Source: Phoronis australis (taxonomy: Eukaryota; Animalia; Phoronida). Taken from it: a stretch of DNA of 32,415 nt. Below the pieces are notes generated by a model. The model saw only the letters and a list, made by a program, of their open reading frames with translations. It did not search any database and was not told where the DNA came from. The number at the start of each line of letters is the position of its first letter. The first letter of the stretch is position 1. The DNA lies in contig NMRA01000614.1 in NCBI GenBank assembly GCA_002633005.1, positions 1 to 32,415 on the forward strand, read 5' to 3'. Of the stretch, positions 22,243 to 32,415 are shown piece after piece. A program made the position numbers and the translations under genes.

Positions 22243-23748
22243 GTAAGTACAGTTGATTTCACAATAAACTGAACAACGACAAAATTTGATGAAGTTTCCG
22301 TGCACAAAATCGAAACTAAATATCTAATCAATTTTTACTAGAATACGTTTAAATTCTGGCTAAATCTCGACCAAAGCTCACCAGGTATTGCTTCAGTGTT
22401 GTAACTCACTATTGCAACAGTGAAACTTTATTGGCATGAAATATAAAATAGCCGTTAGCCGGCAGCATTGGGATGTTATCCCATAGACGTGAAGCATTAT
22501 GGGTAAATATAGTTGAAACATCGATGACGCTGGAACTGTGGTACGTGTGACAATAGGTTAACAAAGTATACGTTCAAACAGCAAGTCATAATGATCACGC
22601 CATATGGTAATGAATAATTGAAATAATGCATTCACTTAGAATGTCCATCAGTTTTGGCAATTGGTGACACACTCTTATCAAGCATCTGGTTATCAAAATT
22701 CAGAGTTTGGAGATGATAAGGCACTGGGGTGGGTCTAAACTGTATGCACAATTTTTTTTTTTTTTTCGTTCTAATTTCGTGTGAACTCAAAATAAGCGTC
22801 TAGTAGTTTGTGCTCAAGTATATTATGGTTTATACATATGAATTTATAGTCAAAGTTCCCACGAGTTCAGACTCGAAGTTTTAGCCTTAGACTGCCATTG
22901 AACGAGAAAAACAGACTGACTGCCTTCTTCAGAGTACTTCTCTGACAATGAAACATAAGTTAAACTGTTCCAGGTATTTTACGGTTCGTTAGTAAAGATT
23001 TTTGAATTTCTTTTGATGTCAAAGCATTTTTGTTTTTAGTTTCGAATTTCAGAAAAGCGATCTGCAACTGTTCTTCACCTCGTCGATTTTTGTCACACAC
23101 GGCAAAGCACGTGTCCTTATTAGGTATGCCAAAACATAGACGTAGCACAATTCCCTTGTGTGTAAATGTGACCTTTGACCTTTGATGTAAACGAAACAAT
23201 GGCGATTTATCAGAAGTAGCTAGTCCGACTTCTTTGAGGGGCAGTGAATACTCGAAACTGTATTGGAATGAACGAGTTTATATTTCGTCTGAGTTTCAAA
23301 AATAGCAAATCTGGTAATTCTTTTCTAGAAATTCTTGCAAATTCAAAGTTAGCATTCCCAAGAAGTACATGTAAATACCCCACGATACATGTATGTTTAA
23401 AAGGTATTTTACAAGTTTTCGCGTTTTATGCATTTTTAATACCGGGAAATCAAATGCAAACTCGGATTAGGCAGTTATTCACGCAATCAATAATTTACTT
23501 GAGCATCGAATGATAGACATCAATACCGAGTACGCAGAAAAGTAGAATTTTATAGAAAATCTCATTTTCACTGATTTCGAGTTCCCCTTTGAGTACAAAG
23601 ATTAGACCCAAGGTTCTGGTGAATTTTTGTCAGTAATTTACAACTTTTAAATTAATCATCTTATGTTATAGGTATAGTGCTGTACATGTATTTACATATA
23701 TGAGGTCGTTACATTGCATTAATGTGTGAGTTCATTTTTGCTTTATAG

Positions 23749-23857
23749 TTTTACACGGGAGTTATAGATCGAAGCACGGAATGTACTACCCGGAATTGTT
23801 CGGCAGGGGCGCACACCTGTAGAAAAGAATGCAACGACAACACCGCTGTATGCGCAG
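23749..23857 (+). CDS. CTHRC1-like: PAN/CTHRC1-like gene, exon 2 (Cys-rich, EGF-like)
   Basis: ctttatag acceptor and cag|gtaagc donor. Open in phase 0: FYTGVIDRSTECTTRNCSAGAHTCRKECNDNTAVCA. Ends in phase 1. Confidence 0.78.
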
Positions 23858-25186
23858 GTAAGCCCTCGCTCGTAGTACTTGTGCGGCTTTTCATTGGATA
23901 CTAATTATAATCGAAGATTATCCAGAGGTGGATCCAGGATTTTGGGGGGTCAGATCAACATACCCATGCCACGTCAACATACCCATGTCAAGTCAACACC
24001 AGTGCTATAAAGCCATGTTGACGCCCGTGAACTATGTTAGTCTGTATACAGAACAAAAGCACTTCCCAAGCAGTGCTGGGTTGACCAATAAGCTGAACTA
24101 ACAGTAAAACTTACAGCTACCGCACAAATTATGGATCCCACGATGTTCGAAGCCAAAGGCACGCCACGAAAGTTGTGGTAAACCTGGGGAAGTTCGAAAT
24201 TGTGGGGCGGAGCTAGTGGGTGGTAGCCCGCAACTTGTGTGCAGTAATCGATGAATTGTAGGGACTAGATAAAGGGGGTGGTTGAAAAACTTGAACCGGG
24301 GAGAGTTCAAATTGCCAGCTGGGCATTCTTCCCAGGGCAAAATCAAAGAAGCAAATTTGGAGAAGCCTAAACTATATGTAGCATAACACGTGTTATTGGA
24401 ACATTTCGCTTCAATGTCAAATAGGACACACTTGAAGTACATGAAATGCGAGACAGGCAATGCTCAGTGGGTTGTTTGTGACAGCGACCACTAAAATAAA
24501 GCGACCAATATCAAATCACATTTCCAAACCGATTTCTTATCCAGTAATGCATTGTTTTGACATTGCCAGAAGCTGGATGTCTACCTATTTGGAGGTTCCC
24601 GTGCCCCATCTCTGCTTTATTTTAAAGCGGGCTATGGTCCCGCCTTCAGTAACAAATATCTGCTTTTGATTAAGATCACTGTTGTGAAATTGGTCTCCAG
24701 TTGTTCCTTGGTCTATTCAAACTGACGTGCTTTCTGAGATCCTAAGATCAGGCCCTACCAATTGACGGCAGGTCAATTTATTCGCCGAACACGGTCTTGG
24801 GCAATACTGTAGCAATTTTCGGTAAGTCCTTGCAAGACCAAGAATTACTTCTCATCTGAGTTGAGAGCAATTTCACATATGTATGTGGTGTAAATCAAAA
24901 GTTATTTTATAAGTTCAGAGGAACGGGTGTTTATGGCCGCTTTGATTTATTAGTTGTCCGGAATGACGAGGTTTCTGCATGTGTCTGAGCTACAACGAGA
25001 ATTTTTGCGTGCCGGATTATGTTTATAGTATCGGAACCCTGCTACGCACCCTGTCGGTTGTCCACTAGACAACGACCGTGGTTTGAGAGGAACTCTACAG
25101 GAACGCTTCAGATGTCCGACGGAAATTTGTATGGGCAGCGAAAAGGTTCAAAATAGACAACACTACCAAATAAAGAAGTTAGTTTT

Positions 25187-25460
25187 CAAACAGACAGGTC
25201 ATTTGGTTAAATTTCTACAAACAGACAGGTTATTTGGTTAAATTTCGACAAACAGACAGATTATTTGGTTAAATTTCGACAAACAGACAGGTTATTTAGC
25301 GAACGAACAAGTTAGTTGCGCCGAACAGACAGGTTACTCAGGCCGAACGAACAGGTTACTTGTCAAACGAACAGGTCACTTCTACCAAACAGACAGGTTA
25401 GTCATCGAATGAACATGTTGGTCTTGCCAAACAGACGTAGTAGTCGAACAGACAGGACAG
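25187..25460. repeat. 31-bp tandem repeat x3.5 grading into degenerate ~21-bp units (aacagacagg core)
   Basis: caaacagacaggttatttggttaaatttcga units at 25187, 25218, 25249 and 25280, followed by shorter cgaacagacaggtta units. Confidence 0.85.
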
Positions 25461-26534
25461 ATGGCGCTGTCCCAACTCAAGGAATAGTTGACGTCACGAA
25501 GTCATGAGCCCCGCAATGAGCACAAAAATTCCAAAAAGTTGTTTTGGTGGTCTGTTGCAGTGAAGAATTTCTTTCATAGGACGTGCGCCATGGTGATGGG
25601 GTATATATTGGACCTCGAGCACCTGATGAACAGTTTCCGGACAGAGACACATATGAACGGTCCAAATATATGTTGCAATCCTATGCCACTTCGCACGGTA
25701 TCTTGAAGGCAGAAATTTAGCTTTTGCACCCACAACTCCTGTGCATCACACATTTTTCAAATCAGCTGCTGTAACCACTTATTCGAAAAAATGAGAAAAG
25801 TTTAGAGATACATAGTCTTTTTGATTCCCCTCTAAATCCCTCACTGCTCTGGGAGCAGTTGCAAAATTCACAATGACAGCAGAGTCGTTCTGATAAATGT
25901 TTTGACAGGCTACCAGTGCTCGGTGTGTCGTCAATCAGCAGACATCACGAATTCGCCAATTTGAGCAATTTCCATACAGCATTTTAGTACAGCCATTCAA
26001 ATGTTCGTCATACAACCCGACAAAACGAATTGTTAATAATTGTCATCCTTGACCATATTTTAAATTCTATGAAAATCAATTTAAAGAAATATTGCGTACG
26101 TTAGGTTACATTACATAAATTCTTCATTTTCAGAGTTTATCCATACCTTTCACGTGCAGCTGATGTCCTTTTGCTTAATATTTTTTAGTGGAATTGGTTG
26201 CATTGTTATTACTTTTCTAATCCAGCTGAAATCAGTTAAATCCGACAATGCAGTTAGCCTCTTTAAAGATTGTTTCTAAGTTTGTAATGCTCGATCAGAA
26301 CCCAGTGCATGCGATGAATGGTGATAGTCTAGACTTTGGTTTTGCCAGGGGTACAGTGTCCCTGCCTAGAGACAACCTGATTGATACCTTAACATATACG
26401 TGATTTTCATGTTATGTTAGGCTGCGTAACGGTTCATCGATGCCTGCAAGTGCATATTTTGTATCATTTATTCATAAAACCAGCATGTGCGACATTTTTT
26501 ATATACTGAAAATGGTTCTTTTTTTCTGTTTAAG

Positions 26535-26629
26535 CTCCGCTTGAAAGCTGTGAGGAAATACCCGTCTCAAATATTCGTCACTGGCATTGGAAAACCTGGC
26601 AAAGTGGTCTTGACGCGGGTGTATTGCTG
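26535..26629 (+). CDS. CTHRC1-like: PAN/CTHRC1-like gene, exon 3 (start of CTHRC1 C-terminal domain)
   Basis: tgtttaag acceptor and ctg|gtaagc donor; phase 1 in, phase 0 out. Encodes APLESCEEIPVSNIRHWHWKTWQSGLDAGVLL (cf. CTHRC1 NYKQCSWSSLNYGIDLGKI). Confidence 0.82.
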
Positions 26630-28582
26630 GTAAGCGCGAAATATATACCATTTTACATGGCAGGCAAATACGTGTAATTGGTACATTAAGGATATCTCAA
26701 ATGTTACTCACAAAAGTGGCCATTTTTACAATAATTCACAAATGTCTAGCAAAATACATTATCTTCATTCTCGGGAAACTTCAAATACGAAATATGTATC
26801 GTGAATCGAGAAAAAGATTAAGCAGAACTACACTGGAACCGCACAACCGCGCGGAAATTTGTTCACTATTTGCTGCCTCAGATCGGATCTTCCGCCGGGC
26901 ACATGGCAACTCCGTTTGCACCCTCAGTCCTTTCACACCGAGTCGCCATAATATTGAGTCAACGACGTGTGCATATGATAGAAAAATGCCGAAGAAAATG
27001 ATGACAAAACATATTTTTAATCCTGAGGGAGTTGTGTATCTGCATGCACACGACCGTTAAGAACGAGTCGCCTCATGCCTCTGTGAATTTGTGTTCACGA
27101 ACACAGCAAGTTGTGAAACTAGATAAATCCTCATCCAAATTCCTTAATTTGATAGGTAATTTGACATTTCGATGTTCTGATCTCATGCTCACGACGTGCC
27201 TTAACCATCGACTCAATTTATGTCATCCATTTCGTACTTGGTTTCATATCAGTCTCCCGGCGCGTGGTGTGTATAACAGGGATCTGTTGACTTACTTTAA
27301 AGTAGACCACAATGCACCAGCTTGACCCACTTAATATGTTGGCTCCGCCCATGACATAGTTGGACTCCATGCATTGGAAATATACTTGGGTAATTAAAGT
27401 TTTTGTGATAATTAAATTCATTACGCACTGAAAATTCAGTTGACATTGCACGTCAATGTGGTAACAATGAACACGCCTTAGGGATGTATATGTTATAGTG
27501 ACCGAAAACAAGTTTTCACCGAATAATTAACCGAAAACTTTGAGATTTTCGCATGTCCTAACTTAATTGGCTCGGTTTTATCAAATCGACTTAAATTGAA
27601 CTTAGGAACACAAGTTCTCAAAAACGGCTCAGTAGATTGCGCTGAAACTTTCCAAAGTTAATATTTAATCATCAATCTCAAAAACGCATTTTAGTATGTT
27701 TTGATATAAAGGCCTAGTTTTTGCGTAATATAACAAAGACGAATACGGCTGCTATTTTTTACAAAAGCGCCTTACTTTTTGTGAGTTGGCTTGTCACAGA
27801 AGCCAAACTAAAAGACTAATAGAAAATTTCTAATAGCGTTTTTTAGTTAACTGGCGAAGGTTTCATTGAAAAAAGATTCATTAAAATCCACCAACGGGTT
27901 ATTTTGCTACGAATATACCTTTCTTAAACATGAAATTTTGACTTAAAAAGGTGTTAACGTAATAAAAATAATGACATATAAATATAAAACATATTTTTAT
28001 ATTCCTTGATCCTTTTCCTTCCAGAAAATATATACTTTTGCTAGTTGACAAAGCCTAGTTTTTGACATACGAATTAGAATGGAGGCCACTAAATAAGATT
28101 TGAGTTAACCTTAAAGGAGAGACAATTACCTGTATACGAACCAGTAAACCTGACAGGACTGGGCTAATACCGTGACATTACCGTCAGCAGTAGTAATACT
28201 GCTCAAGCACTTTAGGTCAGTTCCCTGCCAAAAACTTCACCAGTACAGGGTAAGTACTGAGTCAATTCCGGGGCAGTGCCTTAAAGTTTTGGCAGTACTA
28301 TTTATGATGCTGAGAAGTTAAACTTCTATTTCCCAGCTGATATGTACGTAGAGAATTACTACGTACAACAGGAGACTTCCTTAATGCATCACTGGACCAG
28401 TGAGAAAACTGCACCGGGTCATACGACACACATTGTAGAGTACTACCTCGATATACAGTTACCAAATGAAGGGGACTGTGCCAAGTTGTGATCAACATGT
28501 GCTCATGAAAATCTATGAAGGCCGATTTGAAAATACCGGTTGTTTCATTAGGTCTATGATTAAATTTACACGCACCAGGAAT

Positions 28583-29741
28583 ATGGACTTTTAGGAATTT
28601 TAGAAAACCTACTAATCCTATTGCTGCTACTGTGCCTGTTTGCCTCTTTGCATTCCACCTACGTCACTCCAGAAATAAAGGTATATTTTGTGAGGTTGGC
28701 GCAAACAGTCTTTAAAAGTTGAAATTACACATAGGATCACTCATAAGTAATTGTGAAACTGTGAGCCAACATGCATGCTTGTGTGCTAAAATCAAATAAA
28801 TTGGGAGACTGGCAAACAAAATCTAATTTGACAGTAAAATATTATCGTGAATCAATAAAAAGGCGTTTCCGTTCTCACGCCTTGCTTTTTCATGAATTTG
28901 TTTACGATCGTGGGGTCATTGAAAACGCTACCTTTGCAGTCACTCAGAACAAATAGAAACCAAATGAACACTCAATCACCGCGCACTATTTGACCATCTT
29001 TTACTTCAAAATCTTCAGGAGACTCTGCAGTTGTGAATGTCTGACTTTCAGAATGAGATTCAAAATGGCGCATGTGAATGATGATACCCCTTGCTAACAT
29101 AAGTTATTCTAGAGGTATCGCTGCAGTATAAAAAGTGTACAGTTAAACGATTTTGAGACAAAGCGGTGCAAAAACTATGGTTTTGACAGCGAGGCGTTGG
29201 CCATCTACCGCCATAACGGTAATATTTCTGCCGGTACAAACCACGGCTTTGATGACATGAAACAAGCATTGGTCCAGTATTCTACTGTTAAAACAATACT
29301 CTTGGAAGTGGTCCATATCACACAAAGTCGACATTGGCAAGATATTTGCCAGTAACGTCGAAACGGTATACGATGCAATTAAGCGGTACAAGACGACGGT
29401 ACAAAGCTAATGACGGGGCAAAAAAATGCCGAAGATCGGACAACCAGGGCGATAAGATATTGGTGGCGATAGATAGTACCGAAGGAGTGGCAATACTGGC
29501 ATCGTGGAAGCAGCGCCGTTGTCTTTCGCCTCTTGTGCCATATATGATCTGCGCATCCCTTTATGCATCAGGGTTGAGGTACGTGGACGCAGGACATTCG
29601 TATAGCCCTTGCAGAGAGCAATCTTGGCTCATGAAGCCGACACAAGGCACAACGGACGCTACCGACAACTACGAATCGTACTACGGTTGGGATTGCACAG
29701 CTAGCCACTTGATACCACAGCGCCTGTACTTTCGTGTCTAG
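28583..29741 (+). pseudogene. Possible decayed secreted-protein gene nested in intron 3 of the CTHRC1-like gene
   Basis: LLILLLLLCLFASLHS signal-like stretch, with an ATG one base out of frame and an aag|gtatat donor. Coding-like but frameshifted sequence at 29113-29741. Family not recognised. Confidence 0.3.
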
Positions 29742-30290
29742 CGTTTGTTTGAAGATTACGGAAAAGAGATTGGTGTTAATCATAATTGCTGCCTTTTCGT
29801 GACAATGTCAATCTATTAACACAAAACTCGTCATTGAAATTTGAACTTCTTCATTTTTGAATGCCAAAGATCAGTTAATTTTGTTGATATGTCCCAACCT
29901 ATATTGTTTAACTTGCCTGAGCGACTTGACTTGTGAACCTCATACCACAATAGAGCGCTTATCAGAGTGATCTTAACACCTTCAGAGAATACAGTCAAAT
30001 TGGAATGGGGTCGTCCACCATTGTTTTAGTTATATCTGATATAAATCGTCGTTACATTCTCCACGCTTACTACACAAACGTGGCGCGTCTTACGTGTACG
30101 GACCATGACGTTTACCTGCAAAATGTCAAGCAACATGTGAACGAGTGTGCTAGAAGTTTATGTCAGACATAAATCGGAAATTATGTCGCATTCCCAATCA
30201 CACGCGGCTGCTATTTTTTTTAATATGCGCTACTAAGGTCACAGGAGTACTCCCCAAACACACACATTTCGCTTGAAATCGAGTGATCTT

Positions 30291-30448
30291 CAGGGGCGGA
30301 TCCAGGATTTTGAGTTACCAGGCAGGGCGTAGCATTAGCCAGGATTTTGGCCGTCAGACTTTCGCACCCACAAACTGCCAAATGGAATATGGAAGAATTT
30401 TAGGGGAGTATGGCCCCCTTGCCCCCCCCCCCCGTAATTCCGCCACTG
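30291..30448 (+). mobile_element. GC-rich-TIR MITE (same family as 16202)
   Basis: caggggcggatcc...attccgccactg termini. Internal ttcgcacccacaaactgccaaatggaatatgg is shared with the 16202 copy. Confidence 0.75.
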
Positions 30449-30546
30449 ATCCAAGTTTATCAAGAGTTTCAGCTATAGAACTCCCCCAGCACAAGAGGTC
30501 TATGTGCTTTCCATGAAATGATCAGCTATTGTTTATTTTGTTCTAG

Positions 30547-30745
30547 ACTGTCACGTACAAGAAGCAGTATAATTTAACGGGCCTCAGAGTGCAATTCCGT
30601 GGATGTCTTAGAGGTGCACGCAATGCTGCAAAAGCGTGTTCTAGGTGGTACTTTACATTCAATGACAAAGAGTGCCAGACACCGGGAACCATAGAGGCGG
30701 TTTGGTACACGGAAGTGAAAGTTGACTATCATAGGAACGGACGTG
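30547..30745 (+). CDS. CTHRC1-like: PAN/CTHRC1-like gene, exon 4 (CTHRC1 C-terminal domain core); gene 3'-incomplete in the window
   Basis: ttctag acceptor and g|gtaag donor. Encodes TVTYKKQYNLTGLRVQFRGCLR..ACSRWYFTFNDKECQTPGTIEAVWY..DYHR (cf. [46 protein letters not shown]..NIHR). Confidence 0.92.
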
Positions 30746-30859
30746 GTAAGAAAGGACCTCAGCAACACTCTAGTCCAGCTTCCACAACAAAACCCCAGCC
30801 AATGGTGTACTTACCTTCAGTATGTGTGGAATAGCGGACTTTTCACATTTGGGCTCTAT

Positions 30860-30965
30860 AGAGTAATGAGTGCGCGAAAGCGACTTTCGCTTGATCCCAA
30901 CTCAGATTTGGTTGACAGAAATTCACATGTTACTACACAGTGGTTTATAACTCTAAAAACGGAGA
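30860..30965 (+). repeat. Dispersed repeat fragment, copy 2 (related to 1034-1137)
   Basis: By-eye alignment with 1034-1137. Confidence 0.65.
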
Positions 30966-31070
30966 AATAATTAAAAATTGTCCAAATCTCGTGTGAAAAA
31001 GGTGAACCGCCGCTCATGGGATGAATGACATAAGAGTTGGCTGTCAACAGTAACTGCACACGTAATATCA

Positions 31071-31150
31071 GGACCTCAGTAGCTCAGTGGTAAGAGCATT
31101 AACTAGACCGGCAATCTAGAAACCTGTGGTTCGATTCCCAGTTGGGGTTC
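31071..31150 (+). mobile_element. tRNA-derived SINE head / tRNA pseudogene
   Basis: A box tagctcagtggtaagagc, stem-loop ctaga-ccggcaa-tctag, B box ggttcgattccc, acceptor-like pairing acctcag/ttggggt. Has a 4-nt insertion after the D arm and a distorted T stem. Confidence 0.7.
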
Positions 31151-31726
31151 CTTATTTCACTTTGTTTGTTTGATATATTTCACTACTGGCAAACCTTAGC
31201 GTCTATATATTTAGAAATAAATCCTATTGTCAGCCCCACTCACATTCAATAATTAGCTCTTTAACTTTGACTGAAATCAATATTCTACCGCTTCACCAGT
31301 CGTAGTCCTGACTTAGCAGAGCGCGAAATCTTTTTCGAGTTGCGAAATATATGGAATATGATATGTTCTTCATCCGTGGATATTTCAAGAGATTAACATT
31401 TTTCTTTAACCCTTTAGCACATCAGTGGAAACTTTGGCGGCATTATGATAGCAAAAAAGATATTAAATCGCTGTCCATATCAGTAGGTTGAAACCGCATT
31501 ATATTGGTTCTCTAGGATGCGTTGAACTTCCGTCCAACAAACTAATTTCTGTTTGGAGGAATAGTGATTTTCAATAATGCACTGCTATATCGAAAGTCAG
31601 CTATTGTTCAGACCTAACCCAAAACCACGTGGTGAATCGACATCATTCTTGTTCATTTTCTGGAGAGCGTGTACATGTACGTTTTGACTGTACTTACGTT
31701 CGTGTTCATAGCAGTGGAGGAGACGG

Positions 31727-31785
31727 TGTGGTGGCTCGGTAGTTTGGGCTGCAAGACCCGGGTTCCAATCCAGTCTAACACTTAC
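31727..31785 (+). mobile_element. Very degenerate tRNA-like/SINE head
   Basis: gtggctcggtag (A-box-like) and cccgggttccaatcc (B-box-like). Confidence 0.3.
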
Positions 31786-32396
31786 AACTGTGCCTCTGCA
31801 GACCTTGGTCTTAGTAATGGATGTACAGTATGTAGGGGAGTGGATAAGAGCCTGAATAAAACTTTTAAAATGCGAAAGCGGTTTCTGGGGTGAGCTAATA
31901 TTTTTAAGAAATCTATAGGGTGTCCCCAACAGTTAACAAAATACTCTAAAATATGAATACCAAAAATTAGTGTTCCGAAAACTAATGACGTTTTTCGTAT
32001 TCCAAGAGTACCAAAATTTGTAATTGTACATCACAGATTCTAGGGGGACTGTCAAAGCTGACACTAATTACAGAGAAATGAGGGGCGGTATTTTTTGCAC
32101 AGACGAATCTGGCTCTTACAATCATTGCATTCAACAGAGTCAGCATTTTCTCACTCAAACTGCATGTTGTGTTCAAGTCACGGCAGAAGACAAAGAAAAG
32201 TTCTTTAAAATGTTCCCACCTTAGCGCAATCAATTTCCTATGTCTACACGGTGGAACTTCACAACTGCTTGCGTTTGGTACCAAAACTCATTTTTTTGTT
32301 TTCTGCATTAAGAATCATTTGCTGTTGTTTTCTAATTTCTATGCACTGCAAAAACTCTCGGATTACTGAGAACAATCGTGTTTTCTCATTTCAGTG

Positions 32397-32415
32397 AGTG
32401 TGTGTGTGTGTGTGT
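32397..32415. repeat. (GT)n microsatellite at the window end
   Basis: Direct observation. Confidence 0.95.

Noticed and set aside
24701-24821. Exon-like segment (ctccag ... cg|gtaagt) in the PAN/CTHRC1-like gene
   Set aside because: Stops in all three frames and 121 nt long; exons 2 and 3 already join in phase without it.
31071-31150. Functional tRNA-Ala(GGC)
   Set aside because: 4-nt insertion after the D arm, C instead of U at position 33, and a broken T stem; better explained as a SINE head or pseudogene.
31516-31577. Candidate last CTHRC1-like exon (GCVELPSNKLISVW...)
   Set aside because: Lacks the expected EGxC..G..VGxC and TGW motifs and stops early; the true exon is probably beyond the window.

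Overview
AT-rich animal (invertebrate-like) genomic DNA with GT-AG introns and one assembly gap (16317-16533). Main result: an intact 4-exon + strand gene (12097-17580, 269 aa) encoding a violaxanthin de-epoxidase (VDE)-family protein. It has the 10-Cys N-terminal domain and the lipocalin domain, an N-terminal signal/anchor instead of a plastid transit peptide, and no Glu-rich tail. This family is known from the plant/algal xanthophyll cycle, yet here it lies between animal genes. Downstream is a 3'-incomplete secreted gene with signal peptide + PAN/apple + Cys-rich (EGF-like) + CTHRC1 C-terminal domain and no collagen helix (21853 to >30745). Upstream, three minus-strand exons encode Mind bomb-type repeats (3687-7466). 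The rest is transposon debris (L1/Tx1 and L2/CR1-group RT relics, two THAP relics, a possible KDZ relic, MITEs, tRNA-derived SINE heads), several minisatellites, a frameshifted 41-aa-repeat ORF and a possible decayed secreted-protein gene. All homology calls are from recalled motifs; no searches were run.
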